Counted from the first letter of the stretch, positions 1 to 11,009 are shown. The stretch is DNA of 64,000 bases from an uncultured Acidobacteriota bacterium (GCA_963757355.1 CAVWRG010000003.1:2818165-2882164), one strand, 5' to 3'. The notes: a model not told the origin generated them from the sequence alone. Made by a program: numbers and translations.

Positions 1-3000
1 AACTCGCCGACACCTTCTTTTCTGTCCGCGATCGTCAGGTCGACGCCGGCGGGACTCATCAACGTCAGCCCGGGACTGACGCGTGCTTCCAGGTGGACCG
101 GGCCGTTGCCGGTCGTGTTGTTGAACACACCGACGCTGACGACGAATTCATCGCCGGGGGTTGTCGTCTCCGGAACGTTTGGCGTGAGGATGAAGTCGCC
201 TTTCACTTCCGTCGCGGTTTCTGCGACACCCATCCGATGTGCGCCCACCGCGATCGCCACGATCCGGAGCCGGCCGTTGAAGTAGTCCGGCACTGTGTAC
301 CGGATGTCGCGCCCCTCGACGCCGACGTTGACAATGCCTGACCAGAAAGCGACTGGCGCCTTGTGCTTTCGCGCGAACGGGTTCAACTGCCGCGCGAAGT
401 CGGGGCCGGCATCGCCGCCCGGAGCGGCGAGCGCGAGGAACCTCGAATACTCCGGCAGGATCAGGTCGAGGATCTGTCGTGTATCGACTTCGAGCATCCT
501 CTTCTGAAAGAAAAACGCGAGCGGATCGGGATTCTTGTACCGCGCGACTTGAAGAATCCCTTCGTCCACGGCGAGGAGGGCGACCCGCGACGCATCGCCG
601 GGCGTCACGTGCATCGTCAGCGTCTGACCCGGTTTGACCAGCTTCGGCGCCGTGAGCGACACCGTTTCCCGCCGGGCCGACAGGTTTGGCGCGAACGCGG
701 CGACCCCGTACGAGAGCGGGCTGACGAAGATTTCGTCCGACGAAGGATCGCGGACGAACTGCACGCTCACGTAGCCGTTTCCCTCGAAGTCCCGGGGCAG
801 CACGATCTTCTGCACTGTGCTCGTCGTGGTTGTCTTGAACCATTGATGGGCGAACACCCGTTCCCGTTCGACGGTGATCAGGCCGGCGCCGCTGTAAGGT
901 GCGCGGATGCTCACCTGGATCGTGTCGCCGCCGCTGTACGCGGGTTTGTCGAGCTGCACCTGCAGCTCCGCGTTCCGTTCGAGTGAACGCGAGACATTGG
1001 CCTGTCCCGCGACGGTGTAGCTCACGCGATTGAGCTCGGTGCCTGCGCCGTCGCGCAGCACCAGGACGAAGTCGCCCGGCTCCTGCGTCGGCAAGGCGAA
1101 GTCGGTGCCACCCGGCGCCACCGACACCTTCTTCGTATCGCGCACGGTTTCCTTGAGCCGCGACACGTAGCGGAACGTGTGGTTGTTTTGTTCCGACAGG
1201 ACCGACACGTACTTGCGTTGCATCCAGTCGAGCGACAGCCCGGTCGCGGCCACCGGTGTGAGCTGCTGGTTGACCGCCAGGAATCGCGCGGCCCGCCTGG
1301 TGCCTCGCGAAATGAATGAAAGGTCGCCATCCGGCTTCACGCCCACGAGATAGGGAGCGCCAGAGACAATCGCGCTGTTCTGTGCGCCGACGTTGCGACC
1401 GCCGTCGGCTTCAAAGGCGCGGACGAGCAGGTTCACGCGATACGCATGGCCGACAAAGCGTTTGAGATCGAGGTTGAGATCCGCGCTGCCGTGATCGTCG
1501 GTGCGTACCGGCGCGAGCTGCTCGCGATACGGCTCCGGGAGCGATTCGCCGATTTGGAAGCGATAATCGGCAAACTGAGCGAAGCGGGGCAGCGCCGGTG
1601 TGAGGCTCAGCTCCGCTTCGACGCGACGGCCGCCGGCGGCGTCGCCGAACAGATGGTTCACCGTCACGCGCGCTTTCACGTCGTCTGGCTTCAGCCATGC
1701 GGCCGTGGTCTTGTCCGAATCGGCCAGGTCGAGGCGCACCGTCAGCCGATCCGGCTCGAATTCCTGAACCTTGAAGGTCGTGCTGCCGAGCGTATCGCGC
1801 TGGCGGTTCGGTTTGACGATGTACGCCAGTGCCTCGTACGTGCCGGTCGGCGCCGATTCCTGCGTGGTGTAGCTGATTTCGTCGAAGGGGTTGTCGGTCA
1901 GCTTGACGTCCGTGCGGTTGACGATGAGCCCCCGTGGATCGTGGACCTCCACAGTGATCGGCAGGCTGGCCAGCGAGGTGTTCCAGTCGGCCGTGCGCGT
2001 GATCATGCCGAGGTGTGTCGTCTCTCCGGGCCGGTAGATGCCGCGATCGGAAAAGAGATACGACGTGAGCTGCCGCGCTGAGGAGGCGTTTTCGATCCCA
2101 CCCACGTCGAAGCGCGAAAGGTTGAGGCCGCGGTCGCCCGTGTTCAGCGGCACGAACGACATGTCATCGTCTTTGCGCACGAGCACCAGCTCGGGCCGCT
2201 TCTCCCTTCGAGAGGTCTGGGGATCCGGCTCGGCCAGTGTCGCGCGGCCTGACGCGCTCGTGATTGCGGACGTCACAGGCTGCCCGTTCGCCCCGTCGAT
2301 TTCCACGCGCGCCCCCTCCACCGGGAGGCCGGTGCGAAGCGACTGCACGAAGACGTCTCGGGTTCCGTCCTTCGCGCGCTTGATCAAGATTCCCAGGTCT
2401 GTGACGAGGATGAGGCGTGAGTCCTGGATCTGGGATCCTTCTCCGTGGAGATGAAGCAGAAAGAGGCCCCGCCTCGTCTGCGCCTTGTCGGTGAGGTACT
2501 GCCCCATGTCCACGAAGTCGTATGTCGGCTTGCCTGGCGCTTTCCCCTTGAAGTCGTGCTTGGAGATGAACCGTTCGACAATCCGATCTTCATTGAAATT
2601 GAACTCGTACCCCCCTGGGCGCGAGAAGTTATAGAGGAGCGGCGACAAGTGCTGCAGTTGATCCGGCAGCACACGCCCGACCTCGACGTCCACCGTGTCC
2701 ACGTCACGCACCAGAAACCCGACCTTCCTGTCGCCGGTCAGCGAGAGGAGCGAGCCCTCACCGAGGAACGTCAGCTTCGGCTCGTACGGCTCCACCTTGA
2801 CCGTGGCAACGTATCGTTTGCCCGACACGTAGCCACCGACGCCCTGCACGCCGTCGTTGACCACGATGTGCAGCCATCGGCCGACCGGCGCGAGAAACTT
2901 GAAGCCATGATTCGTGTTGCCGCCTTCCTCGGACGGGACGTACGTGAGCTTCACCGCCTGGCTCGCCGAGAGGATGTCGTCCCCGATCTCCTCCTCGTTG

Positions 3001-4112
3001 GTCCAGCTCCAGAGGCGCCTGTCTTCGGGGCGCTGCTTTGGATGCCGCGCCGGCAGCAGGCGCACGATGATGCCGCTCCCGATCGAACTCTCGAGCACCG
3101 GCGACGAACTGGCGAGCACCAGAACCTGCTCAGGCTCGTAGCGCGCGTTGTCGACGATGGTCATGCGGGCGTCCGAGAAGCGGAGGCTCGAACGCCCGGG
3201 AATCATGACGACCGACTGGAGGCGGTCGCTCGTCTCGTTGCCGCCACGCGCGGCGCGCACGCCTTTCTCGACGTTCAGCGTCATCGGCGTGTCGTCTCTC
3301 GGCATCGCCAGCGCTGCGGAGTGGATCACAGCCGAGAGCTTCAGCTTGTCGTACACGACGCTGAAGTGGCGGCTATCGGGGGTGAGGCCGAGATAGTCGG
3401 CGTCCTTCGCGACGGCGAGCGAGACGAGGCGCTCGAAGCGTTCGGTGTCCACCGGGTGAGTGAATTTCACGGTGGCGACGAGCTTCTTCATGTTGGGATC
3501 GCGAGGGTCCTGATAGAACTCGCTCTTGGCGATCGTCGCGGAGAACGGGTGCGACTTGAAGGTGAAGCCGTAGTTCTCGAGGATGACCTGTTCGGCGATG
3601 AACCCCTTCTTCGCGAGCCTGACGGAAAAGTGTCCGTCGACCGGCCAGTCGTTCTTCGGCGTGAACGTGAGCACCTTGTCGGTCGTCCAGGTCCACGTGC
3701 CGGGCATGGCCGGCGACATATCGATGCCCGTGGTCACCGCCTTGTCGAGCATCTTCAACGGTGCGGCCGACTGGGAGAAGGTGACGGTCAGGCGTTTGAT
3801 CGAGATGTTCCCCTTGTCGTCGTACTCGGTGAGCCCTGGCTCGGAAACCGTGAGCGTGGCGTAGTGAGGCTTGGGACGGGTGAGGATCCAGTAGCCGCTG
3901 GCGGTTGCGAAGGTCAGGGTGAGCATCAGCCCGACGGCGTGCAGCGGGTGGCTGCCCAGATAACGGAACGCCCGATTCGTGGCCGATCGTGTCCGCGCCA
4001 TCCATGGAGGCGCCTGCCAACTCCACCTGCCGAACAGGGCGGCGAAGAGCAGCGACGTCACGCGCTCGAGGAATCTACGCAGGGCTGCGACGCGGGCCAG
4101 TATCTTGGTCAT
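1..4112 (-). CDS. Alpha-2-macroglobulin family (MG2) large protein; 3' end runs off the window
   Basis: Not in the ORF track because it is open at the edge. ATG at 4112 gives MTKILARVAALRRFLERV...; the same frame is open where checked at ~2400 (RLILVTDLGILIK) and at positions 1-60. Contains bacterial A2M-type segments such as YLFSDRGIYRPGET. Confidence 0.85.
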   Translation of the reverse strand, partial: MTKILARVAALRRFLERVTSLLFAALFGRWSWQAPPWMARTRSATNRAFRYLGSHPLHAVGLMLTLTFATASGYWILTRPKPHYATLTVSEPGLTEYDDKGNISIKRLTVTFSQSAAPLKMLDKAVTTGIDMSPAMPGTWTWTTDKVLTFTPKNDWPVDGHFSVRLAKKGFIAEQVILENYGFTFKSHPFSATIAKSEFYQDPRDPNMKKLVATVKFTHPVDTERFERLVSLAVAKDADYLGLTPDSRHFSVVYDKLKLSAVIHSAALAMPRDDTPMTLNVEKGVRAARGGNETSDRLQSVVMIPGRSSLRFSDARMTIVDNARYEPEQVLVLASSSPVLESSIGSGIIVRLLPARHPKQRPEDRRLWSWTNEEEIGDDILSASQAVKLTYVPSEEGGNTNHGFKFLAPVGRWLHIVVNDGVQGVGGYVSGKRYVATVKVEPYEPKLTFLGEGSLLSLTGDRKVGFLVRDVDTVDVEVGRVLPDQLQHLSPLLYNFSRPGGYEFNFNEDRIVERFISKHDFKGKAPGKPTYDFVDMGQYLTDKAQTRRGLFLLHLHGEGSQIQDSRLILVTDLGILIKRAKDGTRDVFVQSLRTGLPVEGARVEIDGANGQPVTSAITSASGRATLAEPDPQTSRREKRPELVLVRKDDDMSFVPLNTGDRGLNLSRFDVGGIENASSARQLTSYLFSDRGIYRPGETTHLGMITRTADWNTSLASLPITVEVHDPRGLIVNRTDVKLTDNPFDEISYTTQESAPTGTYEALAYIVKPNRQRDTLGSTTFKVQEFEPDRLTVRLDLADSDKTTAAWLKPDDVKARVTVNHLFGDAAGGRRVEAELSLTPALPRFAQFADYRFQIGESLPEPYREQLAPVRTDDHGSADLNLDLKRFVGHAYRVNLLVRAFEADGGRNVGAQNSAIVSGAPYLVGVKPDGDLSFISRGTRRAARFLAVNQQLTPVAATGLSLDWMQRKYVSVLSEQNNHTFRYVSRLKETVRDTKKVSVAPGGTDFALPTQEPGDFVLVLRDGAGTELNRVSYTVAGQANVSRSLERNAELQVQLDKPAYSGGDTIQVSIRAPYSGAGLITVERERVFAHQWFKTTTTSTVQKIVLPRDFEGNGYVSVQFVRDPSSDEIFVSPLSYGVAAFAPNLSARRETVSLTAPKLVKPGQTLTMHVTPGDASRVALLAVDEGILQVARYKNPDPLAFFFQKRMLEVDTRQILDLILPEYSRFLALAAPGGDAGPDFARQLNPFARKHKAPVAFWSGIVNVGVEGRDIRYTVPDYFNGRLRIVAIAVGAHRMGVAETATEVKGDFILTPNVPETTTPGDEFVVSVGVFNNTTGNGPVHLEARVSPGLTLMSPAGVDLTIADRKEGVGE

Positions 4113-4385
4113 AGATCAAAGGAATGAGGTGGGAACTCCCTCTTGGGATATCGGCCCGAAGTGACATTCGCCTTATAGCTTTGCCTTCTCGTTACGGCGC
4201 ACGGATACCGTGACCATCGATGAGCGTCGGCGGTCGCACGTGTCAAGCGATGAGTGGCAGGAACACGAAGACAAGGCCGCTGGTGGTCGTTGACGTCAAC
4301 TTCTTCGCGAGCGGCATTCCGTCGGAGGAGCGAGGCGCGCGTGTGGAGCGCCTTCGGGATGCAGCGGCCGTGTCAGGCTGTGCCA

Positions 4386-4673
4386 CTATCGTGGCGATCG
4401 TCGGCCGATCGTGGAGCAGAGACCGACGATCAAGCCGATCGCTACCAGCGGCAGGTCAACGATGAAGATATCGAGTCGAATTGGCCCATGTACTGACGGT
4501 TCTCACACAAAGTGCATGTAGCTCTCATACGCCGCCGCAGCCATGACGATCAGTCCTCCCGCCAGCAATAGGGATGGACGGGGGACGAGGCGCTTCGAGT
4601 ACAACCCGCCAAACAGTATTGCGACGATCACGGATGTGGCAATGATCGCACCTTGCGGATCGACCCTCCCCAT
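4386..4673 (-). pseudogene. Small membrane protein pseudogene (frameshift plus internal stop)
   Basis: GGAGG RBS, then MGRVDPQGAIIATSVIVAILFGGLY...; frame switch to LLLAGGLIVMAAAAYESYMHFV*EPSVHGPIRLDIFIVDLPLVAIGLIVG. Confidence 0.5.
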
Positions 4674-4730
4674 GGCTCACCTCCCAGGCTCCGTGCCGGC
4701 AGCACTGTCGGCACGCCGTACTTGCGCGGT

Positions 4731-5549
4731 CTATTCCCGATCAAACACCAGAATGCTCTTGGGCCTGCGTTGACCCACCAGGCGCTCGGTCATCGTCAAG
4801 GTCTTGAGATCTGTAGAAAGCTCGACCTGCAGAGTACCCGTAAGTTTGCCTTTGGACTTGTATGTGATTTCCAGGCTGCGCTCGTCCATGCGGCGGCCCG
4901 AATATGTCGTGCCTTTATCCCCGCCCTTCGGATCGAGGTCCGGATGATCGTTCCCATCGAACGTGATCTTCTTGACCATTTCTTCATCGGAACGTTTAAA
5001 TGACAGGCCGGCACCTTCGTAGGCCTGGATCTGGAGTTCCATCCCCGCCTTCACTTTCGCGCTCTCGCTGTCCCAGGTGCCGAGAAAACCTGAATCTCCC
5101 GCCGTCCGCTCGTACACATAGGGCAAGAACAATGTCGAACCGTCGGGCAACGGTTGCGAGAACAATGTCGTACCGCTGGGCAAATATTGTGTAAAGGCGT
5201 CGTTCAGCGTCCTGCCGTCGGCAGAAAGCGTCCAATCGGCGGAGAGGAGTATGCGGCCGTCTTTCTTACGAACAACCGTCCAGTTGTTGGGTTTCTTCAC
5301 GGTGATGGAAAACGTGGTCCCGCTCAGGGCTGGCTGGTCACTCCCGTCGGCGACGATGGTGTCGACCAAGCCGGGCTCAAAGGTGAGTTTGTATCTGTTG
5401 GCGCCCGCAGCCTCAACCGTCATTTCGTCGGTGAGTGTGCTCTTGCCCGGGTTCACCTTCCATGTGCCGACGAAGGGATCGCCCGCTGCCCATAACGTAC
5501 CGGTAATCAGACAAGCCATCAGCAGCAACTGAGAAACACGATTTAACAT
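4731..5549 (-). CDS. Secreted protein with two repeated beta-rich domains
   Basis: Signal peptide MLNRVSQLLLMACLITGTLWA; repeats DPFVGTWKVN / SGFLGTWDSE and LSADGRTL / LSTDLKTL. Confidence 0.75.
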   Translation of the reverse strand: MLNRVSQLLLMACLITGTLWAAGDPFVGTWKVNPGKSTLTDEMTVEAAGANRYKLTFEPGLVDTIVADGSDQPALSGTTFSITVKKPNNWTVVRKKDGRILLSADWTLSADGRTLNDAFTQYLPSGTTLFSQPLPDGSTLFLPYVYERTAGDSGFLGTWDSESAKVKAGMELQIQAYEGAGLSFKRSDEEMVKKITFDGNDHPDLDPKGGDKGTTYSGRRMDERSLEITYKSKGKLTGTLQVELSTDLKTLTMTERLVGQRRPKSILVFDRE

Positions 5550-5927
5550 TTCGTTCCCCCTACATGCATTTGAGCGAACGCTCAAGAACTTCAGACTCCA
5601 CGCCCGTGGGTGACAAACGATGTCGATGGCATGCGACATCAGATAATCTGCAACTCGTTAGTACAAGCCATTAGCGGCATCATGCGGTACACGTCGCCAG
5701 AACGTCTGTGATCGAGGAGAACCTGAGTGAAGTTGTCCAGATGTCAGTAAGCGCATTCGCATCGCCGTTAGGATTTCTCATCATTGACGATGCTCGCTCG
5801 CGCAGCGTGCCAATAATGTGCGGCTCCGAGAAGGAATCGGATCGCGGGGCGTCAAGAACAGGTCCGCGTCTGTCAGGGTGGTTGACGCGATTGAGGTCGA
5901 CTGTGACGTAGGACATAGTATGTCATG

Positions 5928-5950
5928 CTCAGGTTAAATGTCTACCCAAG
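5928..5950 (+). promoter_or_regulatory. PadR1-type operator copy followed by mini-ORF MSTQEATQRHKADRR* (5938-5985)
   Basis: CTCAGGTTAAATGTCTACCCAAG vs CTCGGGTTAAATGTCTACCCGAG at 16420 (21/23). Confidence 0.7.
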
Positions 5951-5988
5951 AAGCCACGCAACGACATAAGGCCGACAGGCGCTAGCGC

Positions 5989-6102
5989 GGCGCCGCGGCG
6001 ACGATGATTAGCGCTAGGTACGCCAGCGCCGCCACCGCTCCGGTGCCGAGGCGCACCACGCGCCCGGGCGGCCGCCGATCCGGAGGAAGCCGGCGAGGCG
6101 CG
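5989..6102 (-). pseudogene. Duplicated 3' fragment of the membrane-protein gene at 14966-15445
   Basis: Near-identical to 14970-15086; encodes RLGTGAVAALAYLALIIVAAAP. Confidence 0.8.
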
Positions 6103-6157
6103 TCCGCGTGGGTCTGAATCGAGGACGTTACACTGCTGGCCCAATAATGAAGCTCGT

Positions 6158-7168
6158 TCAGCCAGACGGGTGCAGTCCGATGGCGCTGAAGTCCTCCACC
6201 GTGTGGATCCAACCTTCCTTGCCGTCGATGCGCACCTTGAGCCAGAGGTCGTCGGTCACACCAAGGTTCACGGAGTCCGGTCCTTGATCCCATGTCGTGA
6301 ACACCTTGCCGGCAAGAATGTCGACCGAAGCATCGCGCTTGACAACGACGTGGGCGGGGATTCCGCCGGGCTCGTGTGGTTCCGCAAAGAGCCGTACGAA
6401 CGTCAGGTCCTCGTCAGCTGGCAGCCGTTCCACATGCTGCACTGGCACTTCGCAGCCGTCTTCGGCGAAGCCGTGGCCGGTTTGGTAGAAGCAGTGCTGC
6501 GCCATGGTAAGGGAGCCTTGTGACCAATCGATGCGGACCGGGATCGTGGCGAAGAAGTAGCCGGTCCACACCCGAACGTTGAGCGTATCGGGCAGAATCT
6601 GCGTCGCCGTGCCGATGCGCCTGATTGCGCCCGGCACAAACCCGCCCATTTCACCCTCCGTGGTCAACGGTTTGGCGAACGGTACGAGCCGGCCGTTCAC
6701 CAGGCCGAGAATCTTCCAAGGGCCTCCGCTCAGCGGGGCCGAAGGCAGACATTGGCTGTCGATGAGGAACCCCTTGCCGTTGCTGCCGTCGAGACGCTCG
6801 ACGTCTGCTGAGCAGCTTTCAGAGAATTCTCCACGTTCAATCGAGTACGGAAAACTCTCGTGATGCTCGACCGTGCCGCCGGCACCGACCACTTCGAGGG
6901 ATGCCAGTGCTTGGGCGTCGGGACCGTTCTTCCCAGGCAATCGCTTGTAATGGTGGACGATCGTAAAGCTCTTTCCGCCGACCACGAACGGACCGTCCCG
7001 CTCGTCCACGTCCTCGAGTCGCGGTGATGTGGCAAGCGGTTGCGCTTGAGGCTGACCGTTCGCGAATCGCGTGCGGGAGACGACCAACAAGACCAGCGCC
7101 GCCATGCCGAAGGAGCGGGCTCGTTCCCTGGAAATCCACCGCCGCGGTCGCTCGATGACGATAGGCAC
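6158..7168 (-). CDS. Hypothetical exported protein
   Basis: GTG at 7168 after AAAGGA; hydrophobic signal-like segment MAALVLLVVS; C-terminal WLKVRIDGKEGWI resembles an SH3-like end. Confidence 0.65.
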   Translation of the reverse strand: MPIVIERPRRWISRERARSFGMAALVLLVVSRTRFANGQPQAQPLATSPRLEDVDERDGPFVVGGKSFTIVHHYKRLPGKNGPDAQALASLEVVGAGGTVEHHESFPYSIERGEFSESCSADVERLDGSNGKGFLIDSQCLPSAPLSGGPWKILGLVNGRLVPFAKPLTTEGEMGGFVPGAIRRIGTATQILPDTLNVRVWTGYFFATIPVRIDWSQGSLTMAQHCFYQTGHGFAEDGCEVPVQHVERLPADEDLTFVRLFAEPHEPGGIPAHVVVKRDASVDILAGKVFTTWDQGPDSVNLGVTDDLWLKVRIDGKEGWIHTVEDFSAIGLHPSG

Positions 7169-7191
7169 ACTGGATCCTTTGGTCGTTGCCT

Positions 7192-10100
7192 CTAAGGAAT
7201 CACGCTGACGCCCTGTCCCGTCGAGCCGCCCAGATTGCTCTTGATGCTCACCGACGAAAGCGACGCCATCGTCGTCTGGAACGAGAAGCTTCCGTTGCCG
7301 AGGCTGCTCATCGTGCCAAGTGGCACATTCCCATTCGCGTTGAGCACCGCGATGATCGCCTGGGCATTCGTGCTCGTGGCGGTGACGGTCAGCACCTGCG
7401 CGGACGTGGACCATGTCGCCTTCGTGACGTGCAGCACGTCGGTGGGAGCCACCGTCAGAACGGCGCTCGCCACCGTCCCGCTCGGCGACAATGCACCGGT
7501 GTAGGACGCACTCAGTGTCACAGTGGAGATGGCGGAGACGCCATTTCCCTGAACGTTGAATGTGGCGGACGTTTGCCCTGGGGCGACCGTCACCGTGGCC
7601 GGGAACTTCGCCGGTTTCGTGTCGCTCGCCGATAGCGCGACCACCACGCCTCCGGCAGGCGCCTGTTGATTCAACACGATTGTGCCGATCGTCACGACGC
7701 CGGATCCAATCGTGGAGTACGGACTGAGCGTGTAGCTCGTAATCGCGAGCGGTGGAATTACCGAGAACGTCAGGCCCGGAATGTCGGCCTTGGCCACTTT
7801 GACGGTCTGACTCGACGGCGCGAGGACCACGCCAGCACTCGTCGGCGTAATCGTGTACGTCCCTCCTGGGAGACCTGCCAGAGCGAATTGACCGTTCACG
7901 CCGGTGACCGTCGTCGCGCTGATGGCGCCCTGGGCGGTGACCGTCACGCCGGCCAGCCCGACACCATTCGCGCCCGTTACCTGTCCACTGACAGTGAACG
8001 TCGGCGCTGCCGTGAAACTCACGCCCGTAACGTTCGCGTCGACCACCGTGACGCTTTGAGACGCCGGCGTATAGAGAAACGCAGTCGTCGCCGGGACGAT
8101 GGTGTAGATGCCGGTGGGGAAGCCTGTAAGTGCGAATTGACCGGCGGCGTCAGTGATCGCTGTTGTTGTCACCGCGCCCTGGCTGACAACGGTGATTCCC
8201 GGTAACCCGGCGCCCGCCGCATCGACGATCTGTCCGCTGATGCTGAAGCTGGGTACGGCCGTGAACGTCACGTCTGTCAGACTCGCGTCGGCCACCGTCA
8301 GCGTTCTTACCGCCGGCTGGAAGACGAAGCTCGTACTCTTCGGGGTGATCGTGTAGGTGCCCGGCGTGAGGCGCGGCACGGTGAAGAGACCAGTGGCATC
8401 CGTTGTCACGGTGGTGACGATTGGGCCGGCGATGGCCACCGTGATGCCCGCGATCCCGGTGCCGGCGCTGCTGAGGATGCTGCCGCTGACGCTGACACTC
8501 GGCGGCACCCCTCTGAAGACGTCCACGAAACCAGCCGGTGAGCCACCCGGCAAATGCGGGTCCGGTCGAGTGCTGGCGATGTACACCGTGTTGGTGCTCT
8601 CGTTCACCGCGACCGCCGATTGCTGGGCGCCAGGCGTGCCGAACGTGCTGAGGGACGTGTCGGTCCGGCCGTCGATAGCCATGCAGTAGCCGCCACACGC
8701 ATAGACGACGTCGGTCGCTGTGTCGATCGCCATCTGGCCCCGCGGACCCTTGATGGTCGCGAGATGCGCCAGCGCCGCGCCGTCGAACACTTCGATCGCG
8801 GGATCCTCGAAGTTCACCGATCCGCCGAAGTTCAATAGCCGAATGTTCTCCACGTACACTTTGTTGGTCCGAGTATTCACGCCCAGGTTGCCGAACCCGA
8901 AGTTGGATCCTGCGGTGATGAACGCACCAAGACTTACTTGTTGGAGCAGGGAGTTCGTCGCGCCGTCGAACAGCGCCAGCGTCTGCCCGTTCACCTGGCA
9001 TTTCCCGGCGACGAAAATCTGATTGGTCGCCGCGTTCACACCGATTCCGGTGATCTGGCAGACGTCGGCTCCTGTGCCGCTCAGATCGGCACCGGTAAAG
9101 GTTCTCGAGCCGGTCGAGAGATCGACCGCATACCACTGGGTGCCGTTTGCGAAATACGCGATGTTCGTCACCGGATTGACGGCCACAGGACTCGTGGCCG
9201 CCGCCTCGAGTGGCCTCACGACGGATTCGGAGATACCGTCCAGCAAGAACGCTCCCTGGACCTGATTTGGATCAGCGGTGTGGTCGGACGGTCCGGCCAT
9301 GATGACCTGGTTGGTGGCTGGATTGACCGCCACGTACGGTCCGGCGCCTGCCTGCACCTGGGGACGGGTCGCGTTGGTCGCGCCATCGATGATATTCAGC
9401 GTCTTGGACGTGCGGTCGCCGACATAGATGGTGTTGGTCGCAGCGTTGACTGCCAGACCGGCCGGCGTATTCCCCAACAGCTGCGAGGACAGCGCCGGGA
9501 CCGCCGGATCAACGCCGGTCAGCATGTTCTCGGCGGTGGTGAAGAATAGCGCGCGGTGCGTCGATGGGTCCACCGTGATGTGCGTCGCATTCGTCAGGAA
9601 CTCAGCATCGAAAATAGCTGTAACCTTCGTCGGCAGGTTGGCCACCCAGTGGGCGCTCAACGAAGGCGGGACCGTCGGCGCCGGAGCGGCGCCGAAGTCG
9701 GCCTTACCCACGATGAGTTCAGCCGGATGTGCCGACGTACAGTCTTCTTGGGCCCGGTACAGATTGCCGCCGCTGACGTCGGCGCCCACGAACTGAAAAT
9801 ATCCGAGCCCGCAGCTCACGCCGTTCGTAAATCCGGCCGTGAACTGAAATCCCGTCGTGTTCACCGCGATGAGACTCGCAGGATTGGCCGGGTCGAAGGC
9901 CACCAGGTTTTCAGCGTTGAAGCCGGTCGTGTTGGTGATCGAGCAGGGGTCCTTCTGCAGGCTCGGGGGCGCGACACCGGTGGTCGGAATGCACCCGCCG
10001 GTACCGATATACCTCCCGCTCGCGGGGTCGAATCCGATCCCCGTGAAGAGTCCGAACGTCGTAAACGTCGTCACCTGGTCGGTCCGGCCGTCGATGCGAT

Positions 10101-10914
10101 AGAAGTCCGTTCGGGCGGGCGTCGACAGAATCGTGCCGTCGGCCGCGAGCACCGACGTCTGGACGATCGACGCGATCCAGACGCTGTTGTCCGCGGGGTT
10201 GATGTGATAGCTCTGGAAATATCCTCGAAGGATGTCCGTGGCTTGCTGCCCTGCGAACTCGCTCCCGGCGATCCGCGTGTTGGTGGCGCCGTCATACACC
10301 TCGTACCCGCCGACGGTGCTCGAGGTCCCGGACGCGATCGCGTAGATCTTATTGGTCGCGGGGTTGACGATCTGCGCGCCAACAAATGGTACCGTCGGAC
10401 TCCCTGTCGCCACCACAGCCAATTCGGCGCCGGTCGTGCCGTCAAGGGCGACGAGCCCCTGCGGCGCGCTGACATAGAGCGTGTTGGTGACGGGATTGTA
10501 GCCGCCGCTCGCATATTGAGGGGGGACGAGAGGATCCGCTCCCGGTATCGGCGGAGGCGTGAAGGTGCGCACGATCGTATCGGTCGTGCTGTCGATCACC
10601 TGAATCGTCCCGCCGATCAAGTAGATTTCGTTCGCCGACGGACTCAGGAGCATGCCATATCTCGCACCGTTGGTATTGGCGAGATGGGTGATCGTCGTGT
10701 TCGTGAGGGCGTCGATGACGCCGATCGTGCCGAAGTCCCCGACCACATAGAGTTTGTGGTTCGCCGGATTCAGCAACATCTGTGTCGGATTGGTCAGTGC
10801 GGGCTGAGGCCCGATCGGAACCGACGCCACCGAGGTTTGAGCGTGCACCGCGATCGGCGTCACTATCGCGGCGAGCGCCGACACCACCCGCACCATCGTC
10901 CAGCGGAACCGCAT
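7192..10914 (-). CDS. Large secreted YVTN/YncE-type beta-propeller protein with three carboxypeptidase-regulatory-like (Ig-like) repeats
   Basis: 1240 aa; signal peptide; repeated AVNPATNxIYV; three SISGxIxxxxGxGLxGITV...TYTIxP repeats. Confidence 0.85.
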   Translation of the reverse strand: MRFRWTMVRVVSALAAIVTPIAVHAQTSVASVPIGPQPALTNPTQMLLNPANHKLYVVGDFGTIGVIDALTNTTITHLANTNGARYGMLLSPSANEIYLIGGTIQVIDSTTDTIVRTFTPPPIPGADPLVPPQYASGGYNPVTNTLYVSAPQGLVALDGTTGAELAVVATGSPTVPFVGAQIVNPATNKIYAIASGTSSTVGGYEVYDGATNTRIAGSEFAGQQATDILRGYFQSYHINPADNSVWIASIVQTSVLAADGTILSTPARTDFYRIDGRTDQVTTFTTFGLFTGIGFDPASGRYIGTGGCIPTTGVAPPSLQKDPCSITNTTGFNAENLVAFDPANPASLIAVNTTGFQFTAGFTNGVSCGLGYFQFVGADVSGGNLYRAQEDCTSAHPAELIVGKADFGAAPAPTVPPSLSAHWVANLPTKVTAIFDAEFLTNATHITVDPSTHRALFFTTAENMLTGVDPAVPALSSQLLGNTPAGLAVNAATNTIYVGDRTSKTLNIIDGATNATRPQVQAGAGPYVAVNPATNQVIMAGPSDHTADPNQVQGAFLLDGISESVVRPLEAAATSPVAVNPVTNIAYFANGTQWYAVDLSTGSRTFTGADLSGTGADVCQITGIGVNAATNQIFVAGKCQVNGQTLALFDGATNSLLQQVSLGAFITAGSNFGFGNLGVNTRTNKVYVENIRLLNFGGSVNFEDPAIEVFDGAALAHLATIKGPRGQMAIDTATDVVYACGGYCMAIDGRTDTSLSTFGTPGAQQSAVAVNESTNTVYIASTRPDPHLPGGSPAGFVDVFRGVPPSVSVSGSILSSAGTGIAGITVAIAGPIVTTVTTDATGLFTVPRLTPGTYTITPKSTSFVFQPAVRTLTVADASLTDVTFTAVPSFSISGQIVDAAGAGLPGITVVSQGAVTTTAITDAAGQFALTGFPTGIYTIVPATTAFLYTPASQSVTVVDANVTGVSFTAAPTFTVSGQVTGANGVGLAGVTVTAQGAISATTVTGVNGQFALAGLPGGTYTITPTSAGVVLAPSSQTVKVAKADIPGLTFSVIPPLAITSYTLSPYSTIGSGVVTIGTIVLNQQAPAGGVVVALSASDTKPAKFPATVTVAPGQTSATFNVQGNGVSAISTVTLSASYTGALSPSGTVASAVLTVAPTDVLHVTKATWSTSAQVLTVTATSTNAQAIIAVLNANGNVPLGTMSSLGNGSFSFQTTMASLSSVSIKSNLGGSTGQGVSVIP

Positions 10915-11009
10915 GTCTGTATTCTCCTGACGCGCATCCGCTGGGGGCGGGACACGCCACGTCGTGAATGGCTTGGATCGTCTCGGTTAGAGAGGTTGCC
11001 GGAGGGCTC

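Noticed and set aside
2445..4127. 560-aa plus-strand ORF and similar long ORFs (16415-18931, 58288-60573, 9556-11112, 29182-30681, 36068-37510)
   Set aside because: Antisense shadows of well-supported genes in high-GC DNA
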